From Amoebophrya sp. A120 (Eukaryota; Protista; Dinoflagellata), in the NCBI GenBank assembly GCA_905178155.1, contig CAJINV010000012.1, forward strand, positions 1,740,492 through 1,804,491: a stretch of 64,000 bases of DNA. The letters are read 5' to 3'. Every line of letters starts with the position of its first letter. The stretch's first letter is position 1. A program made the translations under genes and the position numbers. Positions 10,989-23,800 of the stretch are shown here, one piece after another. The notes beneath the pieces are model-generated. The model saw nothing but the letters and a program-made list of their open reading frames with translations. It did no database searches and had not been told where the DNA came from.

Positions 10989-13661
10989 TATGAATATTTG
11001 GATATCGAGATATATTCAATTGCAATTAATTCGGATATTTCGACTCGATTGAAAATTTTCTCGATATTGAAATTATATTTTTTAAAATGACCCCTGTGCT
11101 TCCACACTGGCATAATCGAAGAAAACAATTCTATTTTCGTTTTTTGTGACAAATAAACTTTTTCAACGAGAGAAACAAAAGAAAACATCAGAATGGAAAA
11201 AGAACATGAACAATTTCCAATACAAAACCAACATGAAAACAATCTTTTGGGAATCTATCAATGCGCGAATTACCTTACTCCCTCTGCGGAGATTTGGTGT
11301 TCCAACAACCCCACACAATTATTATGATTTCGAATCTTTGATTGATATCATTACCAGACAATTGAAAAAATGATGGAATCAAAAGAAGAATCCTCTCCGA
11401 CCGATATTACGACGAATTTGGATCATCATTTCGATGATATCCAGACATGATGAAACAATCACATCAATAGATTCCTATTGATTCCAACAATACATCACCC
11501 AAGAATCGGATTTTTCGAATCCGAGATAAGAATATGAGAGAAATTTTTTCTATTTGGATTATGTTTTCAATGGTGATCGATATTGTGTCCGGTCGGACGA
11601 TAAAATCGGAATAATCATAGATGAGATCCATGCATTCATCCATATAAGATCTACCGAAAAAAAAAATAAAACACCATGCCGAGGCCTTCGGAACATATTA
11701 GCCGAAATATCAATGGCATCTCGCCTCATTATATGACCTGCAGCAGGATCGAGGATCACAATCCATAATTAGCGCTGCGCGCGCCTGTTGTTTTGGCAAA
11801 CAACATCGTCAGCCATGGGTTGATCCATGGATCGTTCATCGGCTGCCTGCCTGCCATGTGTGTGCTTGGCGCGGAGAAAATTGGGCGCGCCAACTTACTG
11901 CGGCGCGCTTCGTTTGCGAAGAAAATGCTTAGCCAGTTCGGTATTCGGGGCCCCACCCGCCCGACCCCCGAATGAACGGGGGTGATAGAGGCTCAGATGG
12001 GCGGCGACAGACGCAACCGCGTCGACCATTGTATGGGGCCGCAATGTGTTAGTGGGCCCACAACGGTCGAAGGAGAACGGAAGGGACGCGCGCGGCCTCA
12101 CGCGCCAACTGCAAAGAAACACTTGCAGGGGGGCCGCTTGTTTTCCGCGCCCCGACGCGGGCCGACGGCGCTGCCCGTTCTGGGCGGCGCGGCCCGGTTG
12201 TTCCCCTTGCGCGCGGAACTGTACGCGGCAAACTGGTCGGGGCCGTTATCCCTGACTCGCTTTATCGCGGCCGGAATGCCGGCGCGCGCCTCAAACGCCG
12301 CGAACGCTGCCCCCCGGGGAACTCCGCGGCGGTAGGAATCGAACCGCCAAACTACAAATCGCGAACCTTCTGCCTGGGCATCTTGCCCAGAAGCGACGAC
12401 CACTATTCGACGATAGGGCAGCTTTCCGCTAGCGGCGCCCTTCGGCTTTGCCGGGTCACCATGCAGATCGTCGACCCAGAACCGCGCTGGGCCCTCGGTG
12501 ACGCTGTGCGGGTCCTCTATGCAGTTGCTTGCACAGACAAGGGCGGCGCTCCAATAGCATAGCTGTCGCCTTATGTGGCCATTGTTTGACCTGACACAGC
12601 CCGTCTTGCTTCTTGTTGACGGCGCTGTAGCTGCTCAAGGGGACGCGCGTCGGCTGTGCAATCCATGCCATGGGTGTGGGAGATAGAACATCACGGCCGC
12701 CACGACCGGGCCGGTCATCCATGCGGAGCAGACAGGGCCGGGCAGAGAGAGTGGCGAAATATGTACACCACCGGCGCCAACAGTCGGGCACATCCACCTA
12801 CCTGCGGGCGTAAGCGAATAAAACCGCCCACGGCTCCCGCCACGAGGCTGTGACTGGCCCATGCGCCCGGAAACTCCTGACGAACAAGCCCACCACTGGG
12901 CGCGCGCGGCGCTGCACTGTCAACGTTCAGGGCGTCAAACTACGCTCCTCGTGTCTTGTTGGTTCTTGAATTCGTCGCTGAGAGCAGCATCGGCGTTGCA
13001 ACTAGGCTCGCCTCTCCTGCCATTCCATCCCGACTCTCAGACAAACATCCCTCCAGATTCGTTCGCAGGGCCCCCACCGGTCAAGAGCAATGCGCTAGGT
13101 TGGTTTCGTCCAGTTCTAGTTCCGTTCTCTTCACTTCTCGTCGCTCATGGTTCTCTCTCTGTACTCTGTCCCCCGAACAAACTAGTCAGTCATGGAGTTT
13201 TCCAGACTGAGGAAACAAAAGAAAGTAGCAGCTGTTGTTTATTTTCTTCGAAGGTGTTTCCCATAAAAGGCACAAACAAGGTTGAGTAAAACTAAAATAA
13301 GTAAGTACTTTCCCAAAAGTCGACGAAGGCAAGAGTTGTACGTGAAGATGGAGAAGGTGTCAAATAAGGACGATAGGATCAAGCCTGTCAAGATGAAGAT
13401 TTTCGTTTTATCAAACATAGAAAAGTTGCAAGCGTTGAAATTGCGTATTCCTTTATAGATACAGTTGAAATAGTTACATTTTGCAAACGTGGCAGCATCG
13501 TGACGTGTGTAACATAGAGATATTTTTGTTTCTTTCCAGCTGATCGATATCAACAAACGACGCAAATTCATCGGTGATCAAAAAAATTCAAAGTGTAACA
13601 AGTAGTCAAAAAGCACCACTGCTAGGACTAGCAGCTGCTGTCCGGCGGTGCCCACGACGTG

Positions 13662-16600
13662 TTACGCCAACGCCGCAGCCATAGTTGTGCCCAGCGTCGC
13701 AATCGCAAATGCACTCCACGCCAACCCAAATTTCCCCGTCGCGAAGCTGCTCACCGCCGCAGTTCCCCCGCTGCTCGCCGGCGTGCTGCTCGACAAAACC
13801 GCGGAGGCCGACTTCGCTTGAAAGTCCGAGGCAATGCCCGCATTCACCAGCGCCGCGCCGACGTGGGTCTGAAACGCGGAAGACACCGTCGCGGCGTTCG
13901 CGTTCTGCACCAGCGCGACGACAGAAGCTGCCTCTGCAGCGTCGGTGGTCGCCACCGTGTAGTCGACATCCAATGTCGGTTCGTTGGAGGTCGTGTTGGA
14001 TGTCAGCAGACGGAGGGAAAAGGCGTCTTCTTGGTCAGCAGTGTCCGTGTCGCTGTTTTTGCTTGTAGTTCTCACCGGTTCTTGTTGCTTTTCCATGAAC
14101 AGCTTTTCCTCCAACATTCGGCGGACTACGATGGTGACGCTATTAATCGTCACATCCGCGTCAGTGATACTTGCGGCGCCGAACATCGCGGCCAGTCCGG
14201 CCTTCAAAGCGGACACAAAGTTTGTGTTGGCCAGCAGCGTTTCCGAGGTCGACCCGGTCGGGACCTGCATCACGCAGCGCAGCGTTTGCCGGTACTCGCC
14301 AGCGGCGAAGGTCGTGGTGGCTGAAGTAGTACGGGGAAGTTTTGATGGTGTAGGATAGTACGATAAAACGTCAATTACGCATGGCAAGTTCATTATCATC
14401 TTCTAGAGTTTCTCATGCTATTTTTGAAACAAAACCGAAGACGCTTCTAACGTATTAATTAATACATGTGCTGGTCGTAGGCGATGTCGTGGTCGTCGTG
14501 CCACTGCTGCTGCTCGTCCCACCGCTTGCACTGGTCCCGGAAGTAGTGGTTGTCGTGAAATTATGCATTGCAAAAGCACAGCACTAAGTACAAATCGAAA
14601 TCGCGTGACAAATTTTGATTTTCTCAATGGGGAGAAAGCTTGTCGTTGTCATGCAGATTTCGGTAAAATAAAAATGCTAGATCTGTCATGCAAGACAGCA
14701 ACTTGAACTTCTTGTACTAGTTAGCACGATCTTTTGAGTAGGCGTGGGCCTGTAGGCCTAAATTCCGGTCGGTTGGTCGGTCGGTTGGTTGGTTTTGGAC
14801 AGACGACAATTGACCGAATTTCCGACTTATGGAAAAACGCATATCGGTTTCGGATTTAGAAGACAACCGCAACGGCAAGGAGGGCGAAACACGATAGGGG
14901 GGTGGTCGGGGCGCGCGGCGCACCTGCCTCCCTACCGGGGCTGCAGCCCGCCCCTGCGAGGCTGGTAGCGCCGCATCCTATCGCCGCCCAGTAGGCACTT
15001 CCGCCAGGGCGGCAGAAAGGTCTCGGCAGAAGGAGAGTTCGATGTGTCCACGCAACACAGACGCAAATCTGTGTTGATGCGTGGACGCCAATCTGTGTTG
15101 CGCGCGCCACAGATCTGTGCTGCGCGCAGCTCGCCGCAGACACAAATCTCCGCTGCGTGCGCGCAGCACAAATCGGCGCTGCGCGCAAATCTGTGCTGCG
15201 TGTTGCGCGCAAATCTGTGTTGCGCGCAGCTCGCCGGAGACACAAATCTGTGTTGCGTGGGCGCGCATCTGTGTTGCGCGCAACACAAAGCAGTGTTGCG
15301 CGCAGCTCGCTGCCGACACAGATCTGTGCTGCGTGGACGCAATCGGAGCTCCAGGGGGCCTCGTGAGAGTTTGCGCCTGTGAGATAGAAAGAGGTCGGGG
15401 CTCCAATGCTGCACTTTTCTCCAGCCACGGCCTGCGTTTCCTCAACCCAAGCAAAACACACTTGGGAAATAGAGACAAATTCGCGCAAAATTTGGATCAG
15501 CCCCCGCTTGGTCAAGCCGCGCGGGGGCTTTTTGCGCAACCCCTTGGCTTCGCGAGTCCCTTGCTTGCAAGCCCCCTGCTAATAGATTGGGCCATAGGCG
15601 ACGCACGCTCGCCCCACCCCCTCCCCCCCCGCTTGGCAGGTGGGCTGGTAGGTCGGTAGGCGTGGCCAATAGCCAACACACGCTCCCTCGCCCCCCCCCG
15701 CTTGGCAGCTGGGTGGGTGGGTCGGTAGGCGTAGCCAATAGGCAACGCACGCTCGCCCCGCCCCCCCCCACCAGGCAGGTGGGTGGGTAGGTCGGTAGGC
15801 GTGGCCAGTAGGCAGCGCACGCTCGCCCCACACCCCCACCTGCCTGGTGGGTGGGTAGGTCGCTCGGCAGCCCGGCCAATAGGCAGCGCGCGCTCGCTCC
15901 ACCCACCCACCAGGCAGGTGGGTGGGTAGGTCGGTAGGCGTGGCCAAGAGGCAACACACGCTCACCCCACCCACCCACCTGCGAGGTGGGCGGGTAGGTC
16001 GGTAGGCGTGGTCAATAGGCAGCGCACGCTCGCCCCACCCGCCCACCAGGCCCGTGGGTGGGTAGGTCGGTAGGCGTAGCCAAGGGGCAGCGCACGCTCG
16101 CCCCACCCACCCACCAGCGAGGTGGGTGGGTAGGTCGGTGGGCGTGGCCAATAGACAGCGTTTGCTCGCCGCACCCATCCACCAGGCTGGTGGGTGGGTA
16201 GGTCGGTAGGCGTGGCCAATACGCAGCGCACGCTCCCTCGCCCCACCCACCCACCAGCGAGGTGGGTGGGTAGGTCGGTAGGTGTGGCCAATAGGCAGCG
16301 AGCCCTGCCTCGCCCCACCCACCCACCAGGCTGGTGGGTCGGTAGGTCGGTAGGCGTGGCCAATAGGCAGCGCGCGCTCCCTCGCCCCACCTACCCACCA
16401 TGTGGGTGGGTAGGTCGGTAGGCGTGACCAGTAGGCAGCTGTCTCTGGGTGGCAAGGGATAGGTAGGTAGGTGGATCGGTGCGATCACGGTACTACAATG
16501 AATCGAAAAGACGCCAGGTAGGTGGGTAGGTCGGCAGCTTCAACAGTAATAATAGACGAATCTCAGAAAAACACAAAACACAATGGAGCGGGTTCGGTCA

Positions 16601-19600
16601 ATTGTCGTCTGTCCAAAACCAACCAACCGACCGACCAACCGACCGGAATTTAGGCCTACAGGCCCACGCCTATTGGATCTTTTTGCATTTGATACACAGT
16701 TTGCGCGATCAGAACCGTCTGATTCACCGTCACATTCCCGCCAACCGTTCCACTACTCACGTCGAAGGGCGGGCACGCCCCCCGAGTGTCCTTTGGCGCG
16801 TCCCCCTTGCAGGCGCCAACGCACTCGAACGCCGTCGGGCCGGAGCACGCGGTGCACGCGGAATCGCAGTTCACGCAATCACCAATCGAGGTTTCGAGGT
16901 AGGTTCCAGTAGCGCAATCCGAGGCGGTTTTCGGCGTGAAGTACTGCTGCCGGATGCAGAGTATGCAGTGCACAAGCATCGCACTCGTAGTAATTGCGTT
17001 TATGCATTACAAATCTTTTGCTTAAGGCAAATCCGCATTACAAATTCGATTCGTAAATGCTAAGTCGATTTGTAATGCAATTTGTATTAGTACGATACCT
17101 TTGGTGCAATGCATACAGAGTTTCGTTCCAGAAACCGTGACAGCACTGTCTTCGTTCGTCTTCCCGTTGACCAATTGCGTACCGGTCAAGGGGCCGCCGA
17201 GGTAGATCGTGTTGGTAACACCGTCGACGGTGAAAGAGGTTGAGGTCGTCAGTTTGCTGCAACTGGTCCACAAGGTCCCTCCAGAGGTGTACTGCCGGCA
17301 GCACATCAAGGCCGCGCACGAGCTGCTTGTGTCATCTGAATCCCGCAACGGAAACTGCGTTGCGCGTTCCGCCGTCACGGCCTCGCACTGCTTGTCCTTG
17401 GTCATGACACAGGTTTTCGCGTAGCAGGTAGAAGATTTCGAATCCGCAGCGTAGGTGCAACTCGTTCCCCACTGCTTGCCCTTGTCACTGGGGCAAACAC
17501 CAGAAGACCCGCTGCAGGTTTCCGCCTCGTCACACTGCGAATCCACCGCCGCCCGACAAACCGTTCCCGCCGCTTTGAACTGACAGGTGGAGGAATCGTA
17601 TCAAGTGCAAAAGTGTCTGGGACTGGAAGAGTGTAGACTTGTCATGCAGATTTTCCATGACCCATGAGGGCTGCAGTGCGGGACTTAGCATGACAGACTC
17701 TGCGAGGTCTCTGCCATGCCTATCCTGCACGAGAAATTCCTTTCCAACTTGGTCAAAAGTGGACAGCTTTTGGCACTCATGCAACACAGATTTGTGCATG
17801 CTTCGGATTTACCATGACAAGTTGCAACCTTCCAGACCCAGACATATTTGCAATGCATAAATCGCAGCACAGCTCTTGGCTGTTCCCGCCCGCGCACTGG
17901 GCGCCGGACTTCAGTTTGCAGGTGGGGCACTCACAGCACGTGTCGGTCGTCGCGCCGCCGCAGTCGCACTCCTCACCGTAATCAATCCCCCCATTCCCGC
18001 AAACGGGAGAAACGGCTAGCGCGGAGGGGAGAGTGCATTGATTCTGGAAGCACATCCCGTTCCGGACATCCCAGGGGTTCGATTTGTGCCAACAGGGGGT
18101 GCCATCGGGCACCGTCATTTGTTTCCCATGCGTGGAAAAGTACTGGCCGCATTCCGTCGACGCCTGCCCCTTCTCGTGGCAGACGAGACTCCCACACGGG
18201 TCGTTGTACCGCTCACAGGTGGTGGACAAATCCCAATTTTTCCCGGACGAGGCGGCGAACATGTTCTGGATGTCTACCGAACAGGTTTTGTTCATCGACC
18301 CGCACATGCCGCCCATACAGCTCCCACTGTAACTCACCCCCGTTTGCGCGTAGGTGGTCGTGCAGGCTTTCCCGGGGTACTCGTACGTGTCTTTTGGACA
18401 CTCTTTCGTTCCTCCCGCGCAGGTCTCCGCGATGTCGCAATCGTCGTTTTTCTTCGCCCGACAGACAAAATTCTCGCTGGCAGCCCGGAACATACAGTTG
18501 TTGCAGCACGGGCCAGTGGCGTCGGAGCACTGGTAGGAAGCTTGGGCGAACTTGCAGGTTGCGCCGTTGCAACAGGCGTCGATGGAACTGCAGTCGGAAG
18601 CGCCACAGTCGCAATCCTCCCCAGATTCCACGAGCCCGTTCCGGCACACCGGGTCACCCATCACGTAGGAGGGCTGGTTTTCCAGGCAAGGTCCGTTGTC
18701 CACGTAGGACTCTGTGAAAAACGTGTTGACATTGTTCGCTGAACAGTCGGAAAAGCGGGTGCTGTATCCATAGTAAATTTTCCGTGCAAGACGTACCAAT
18801 GCGGTTTGTGCATGACAAAAGTTTCTTTCAATCCCAATCAGCAACAGCATGACAGACGCTATGCCAATATAAGCTGGCGAAATTTGTGATGCATTTTGTA
18901 CGTGTACAGGATATTTGTATTGCATATGCTGGCATCGCCGCCACCAACTGCCTCCATAATGAAGCCGGACTGGGGGCAGGCGGAGTTGCTGCCGCCGCCA
19001 TCGTGATTCATGCCGAAGTTGTGACCGACCTCGTGGGCGATCACGGCGGCGCAGTCGGCCTGGGATTTTTTGCAGGGTTTTGGTGATGCGGTGGGGGTTT
19101 TTGCATTATCATGCAGGTTCTTTTCACAGAAGGATTACACTTTGTCATGCGAAGATGAACACCTTCACCTCTATACTCGGACTCCCAACCAAATAAATCA
19201 AGCACTTCTATACCTTCGCACTCTCGGTCTGCGCGCACATGTTGACGTTTCCACTCCGACTGACCAAGCACATCACCCCCATCCCCGCTAACCCGACCGT
19301 GCTCCCGTCGAAGTCCCGGCCACTCAACAACACCCGGTTGTCGTGCGCGACGACATTACCCGACTCCAAATTCGTCCGCGTCCACTCGTTGAATTTGGAC
19401 AACAGGTCGCTGCAATCCGTTTCCGACCCGACCTTCGTCACGGTCGCCTCGTACGGATCGCCATTGACGTATGTGTGCTGCCCGATCAACACGATCTTGA
19501 TGTTTTTCGCAAAGGTCCCGGCGGACGGGTTGCTGTTACTGTTTTCGTTGATGTAAATCGTGTTTACCAAGTTCATCACCGCGGTCGTGTGCGCCGCCAT

Positions 19601-20860
19601 GGTCGGCGTACTGGCAGGCGTGCCACCAAACAAATCGTACCGAGATTTGTCGTTGACCGCAAGCACCTCGACGTACTTCTCCGTTCCGGAAACGGAAAGC
19701 TGTCGGACGTAGGACTGCACATCGGTGTGGTATTCGGACGTGCGGTCGGTCGGGGAAAGGAAACGGAGGTTGTGCTTCAGAGGAGAATCTTCAGGAATTT
19801 CGATGTTGTAGTTTTTCGTGCTGCCTGCTCCCTTGCCGACATCCAATGCCGCGCTGTTGTTCATCGTGTCCGCATCGTCTGGCAACAAAGTGAAAATGAC
19901 AGTGGAAGAAGACAGCTCCTTCTGCAACTGCCGCTGCGCCCCGCTTTCCTCCAAAATGTTTTCAATTTCGTTTTCCACCACTTTCATCCGCACCAACGCG
20001 TCCAACCCCTTCGGGTTGCAGCTGTGTGCGCCGATCACCAAATGCGCAGATTTTTGCTTCTTCCCGGTTGCAACGAGCTTCTCTTGATCCATCTCCACTC
20101 CCGTTCCCTGGTAGTAGCACAGCTCCTTCACCTATCCAGGAAAAAAACTGTGTAAGTGTAAATTTGTAGGAAAAGCAGCATCACAAACTCGCCTTGCATT
20201 ACAGGGAAAACCTGTCATGCGCAGCTGGTACGTGGAAACACATATTAAAGCTGCCTATGACGCACATCCAGCATGACGCGCGTAAACAATTTTGCATTTT
20301 CTGCATCACAGACTATACACTCACACAGCTTTTTTCTTGCATATCACCATCGGCTGTCTTTCCACCTGTCCGTTCCCGTAGTCCAGGACGTGCTCGGCGT
20401 TGGCAGTCACCAGCTGGCGGTTTTTCTTCAAGTGGACGTCAAATTTTTTGGTTCCAATGGTCATCTCGATGTTCAAATCTTCCGGGTGGGTGGAGATGTG
20501 GGACCGGTTCAGGAGCTGACGCTTCTTCGCAGATGTTGTTGAATGGGATTTAGCCCTGCTTGTTTCCCGTTTCTGCTTGTCTGCTTCCTCATCCACCAGC
20601 TGTCTCTCATGCGCGCCGATCCAACGCAGCTCCACATTTGGCGAGTGCTCCCCGAAGAAGTCTTGCAGCAGCTGGCGACGTGTTTCCGAGGCCTCTTCCG
20701 CTTCGTGTTCGGAGTGGTGGTGACTGTGGTCGTGGTCTCGGTCGTGGGCAGAAGCTTCATGTGCGGACGAGAGGAAAAGGAGAAGTGCCGGGAGATGACG
20801 GAGCTGTTTGGAGGACCGGTGGCAGCAAAGGCCGTGGAGGTAGTGCGGCGTGGCTGCCAT
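13662..20860 (-). CDS. ADAM-like (M12B reprolysin) metalloprotease-disintegrin, 8 exons, ~1317 aa, probably membrane/GPI-anchored
   Basis: Signal-like N-terminus, prodomain, [11 protein letters not shown], zinc motif [12 protein letters not shown] plus Met-turn, disintegrin starts [16 protein letters not shown] and [16 protein letters not shown], furin-like [14 protein letters not shown], hydrophobic C-terminus. Spliced length is 3954 nt, in frame. Confidence 0.9.
14321..14465 (-). other. Canonical GT-AG intron in ADAM gene
   Basis: Minus strand aca t|gtatta...ttcag|cc acc keeps frame. Confidence 0.65.
15044..15345. repeat. Degenerate tandem repeat (aatctgtgttgcgcgc) inside hAT-like element
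   Basis: About a dozen imperfect copies. Confidence 0.8.
15590..16440. repeat. ~60-64-bp GC-rich minisatellite inside hAT-like element
   Basis: Unit ggtgggtaggtcggtaggcgtggccaataggcagcgcacgctcgccccacccacccacca, ~13 copies. Confidence 0.9.
16962..17115. mobile_element. Introner family A
   Basis: DR CAGAG. Confidence 0.9.
17599..17859. mobile_element. Introner family B
   Basis: DR AATCG. Confidence 0.9.
18765..18926. mobile_element. Introner family G (degenerate TIR)
   Basis: TAT...ATA; DR TGCTG. Confidence 0.82.
19060..19213 (-). other. GT-AG intron in ADAM gene, possibly a decayed introner
   Basis: aag|gtatag...cccag|gcc gives [17 protein letters not shown]; contains the ttgtcatgc motif. 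Confidence 0.8.
20133..20343. mobile_element. Introner family C
   Basis: TIR tatccaggaaaaaaactgtg; DR TCACC. Confidence 0.9.
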
Positions 20861-23800
20861 CTTGATCTCGATAAGGTCTGTATCAGAAAAATATTAGCTG
20901 TTCCTCGCCTGCTGCCGGTGTTTGGATGAGGGATGCGAGTTTTGTTGGCGCCTGCGGAGCGGCGAACGAAAAGGGCGCGCGGTGAGGGCTCACTAGCCCT
21001 AGGAGCGGACACTGTCACTGGTTGACGTTGCTCGCCGGCCGAACAGTAATTCTGGTAGGAAATAGTAGGAATACGCCGCAAGCCCCATCCCTTATTGTTC
21101 GGGTAGCTTGTGTTTTTTTGACAACAAAGCAATAGCATACGCCAATTGACAAGCCGGCGCGAACAGAATGTATGGTCGCGCGACCCAGGCTGACGGAGGG
21201 AGCGTGGCACGGGCTAGGAGCCTTTCCACGCGCTCAGTTACCAGAAAAAAGGCGCCCACGCGCCTAACCCACCAAGATGAAGTTCCGGCCGCGGGCGCGC
21301 GGAAAAGAACTACAATAAGCGCACGCCCCTCCGTCGGGGCCACGAACGCGGGCGCGGCGGGGGGGCCCCAAAGGTAGGCTCGGGGGGGGGGCAAAACAAA
21401 AGAAACGCCGCCCCGGTCTGACGGGAGCGAGGGGGAGGTGGGGCGGCCGGCGGCCCGGCCGGCCAACTCGCTCAGGCCTACACCTTGGGGGCCCGCGCGC
21501 GGCGCGGGCCCACTGGCAGGCGCGCCACTATCGCGGGGGCCCTTGGTGGGCTGGCTCCGTCTCTCGTCTCCACGCCGGTGAGAACCCACAGCGCGGGGGC
21601 GTTTTCCCAGCCTCCGGCACCACGAGGCCGCTCCGCGCCCGCCTGGCACTTCTTTAGCAGGCCACTCGCCAGCCCGCGGGCGCCCAGTCGGTCGCTCGCC
21701 AACACGGGCCCGGCGTCCGTCGTTGCGATGGATCGACGGCGCGCCACAATAGCGAAGGAAATATGGCGCAACGCAGCCAATCACGCCTCTCACCATAATT
21801 GCGCGCCACGAACCAGATCGCAGGAAGCCACGCGAACAATGACGAGGGCTCTTCTACGCGGCACGCAGCAGCACGCCATGCCTTGTCTCTATCATGTCTT
21901 TACTTTGCTCTATATCGCCATCTCATCACTTATTATGCATGCACGATGAGGCTCCCACTGGAACAGACATACTGCGCTCTTCGCAATCTCTTCGCTCACG
22001 TCACGTACAACATTGATCTCGGTTTCGCTTTTTCCCCCCTCGTTCACGGATGTATAGGTGCCTACGTACACGTCGTAGTGAGTTCCCCCTCAAGTCGTGC
22101 GACTTCTGACAAGACCATCTGATGAGCCTACTGGACGTACATCACATGTGGACGATTCAGATGAGTTCGCTCATCTTGTAATATGGTATGAGTTTGCCAC
22201 TGGCACTGGTATGAGTTTGCCACGACGATGAGGAGCACCTTGCTGCTTTTTCACACAATAGACGCAACTCGCAAACACGAAGCAGGTCTCAAAGCGCAGC
22301 CATGTGCGTCAATTTGCCAGGGGGCGGAGGCCTCATCATTGGCACCCAAGGGCCTCCATCCTTCACCGGGCTTGTGGGAACACTTATTCGACCGTTTCTT
22401 TGGAAAACGACAAACGGCGGACCAACGGTTGTCGAGGGCGCCTCTAAGTTTTGACTTCCTTTTGTTTCTTTCATATGCATTGCCGGCGAAAGGGCAACAA
22501 CCTATCGACCATGCATCCAGGCCAATGCAGGTCCACGGGCCCAACGATCAGACTGTGTCGGAGGGAGCCAGGCAAGGAAGGTAGGCGCCCACCCGCAGGG
22601 GGGCGGCATGAAAGAATTTGAATGCGCGCGGCGCGCGTGCGACCGAACGATCGAAACAATGGCGCGCACAGACGCACCCACACGCACGGCCCCCCCGCCG
22701 CCCAACCAGGGGGCGAGGGGCGGGGCGGGCGGCCAAACACGCCCGAAGGGGCTGCGCGCGCGGGGTCGGTTCTGTAAGTGTGTGGCGGGGGCCTGGCGTT
22801 TGCCAGGCAAATGCGCGACCGAAGGAATGCCCACGCCCGCGGCCGGCTAAACCACGCGGGCCCGGCAATCGCGCCCGCCAAAGAGCCGCCCGCCCGGGAC
22901 ACTTCGGCGGGCGCGCGCGCGGGGGATCAGAACAGACCGCAGACGCTTGCCGCCCGCCCTCTTTTCGGTGGGCGGGAAACAAGCACGACGGCGCCGCCCA
23001 TTCAAAACGATGGGCGGGCCAAAGAACGACCGAACAGACCAGGGGAAGCGCCGGGCGGGCCTCGCGCGCGCCGCCTTCTGCAGCTCCGGTGGACGTGTAT
23101 GCTTGCACGTTTTTCGGCGCGGTTTCGCACGCCGGCCGCGGCCGCCCGGAGGTCGCGGCGCGCTTGCTGGTCATACATAATTCTGAAGAAGAATTCTGAC
23201 AGCCCCGGGCCGATAGACATAACCGCGAAGGCCGCCGCGGGCTCCTTGTGCACGCTGCGGCCGAGGCCGTCGGCCATACGGTCCAACCGCACCCCCTAGG
23301 CCCACCGACACAGATGCCCGGAACTACGCGCACACAAACAGCGCACGCACTGCGTTAGCCCCCGGCAGCGCGCTCAATCTTTTCACGATGACAATGCTTT
23401 CTTGAAGACGAAGCGGATAGCACGTAGTTTTCACTTTCCTCTCGATCACATTTATCACTCATCTTGGTGTCCATTGATAACGTCTCCCGTCTTTCCACCG
23501 CGGCTCTCATTTTCATTGGTCTCTCAATTTCTTTACTCTGGCATTGAATGGAGAAGAGAATTATAGACGAACAGTGTGCTTTTTCATTCACCTAGAAAGG
23601 AAATCCGACCCCTGCCGCAGCTGCATTTCGTTCTGTGCAAGTCTGCTGTCGAAAAGAAAACCCACACTCTTCGAGAAACTGATAGTATCTGGGCTATCGC
23701 TATCCAAACAAATACGTAACTGGGACACTCGCTTGGAAGCCAGTTGTCCAATTGCTTTTCGATACGATAAGTGGGAACGGACGAAATCCACGTTGAGGTA

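Larger units (their letters stand above)
14736..16675. mobile_element. Non-autonomous DNA transposon with ~83-bp TIRs and 8-bp TSD (hAT-like)
   Basis: TIR taggcgtgggcctgtaggcctaaattccggtcgg...gacaattgaccgaa at both ends; TSD GATCTTTT at 14728-14735 and 16676-16683. Confidence 0.88.
14562..16694. mobile_element. Degenerate introner family A hosting a nested hAT-like element
   Basis: tatgcattgcaaaag...tttttgcatttgata. The DR has decayed (GAAAT/CACAG), but 5-nt removal restores frame. Confidence 0.8.

Noticed and set aside
14856-16488. Overlapping repetitive ORFs in the hAT-like element
   Set aside because: Translations of satellites; no transposase motifs.
22119-22180. CTGATGAG as a possible hammerhead ribozyme core
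   Set aside because: No downstream GAAA with supporting stems was found.
22183-22223. Duplicated tggtatgagtttgccac
   Set aside because: Simple local tandem duplication with no further structure.
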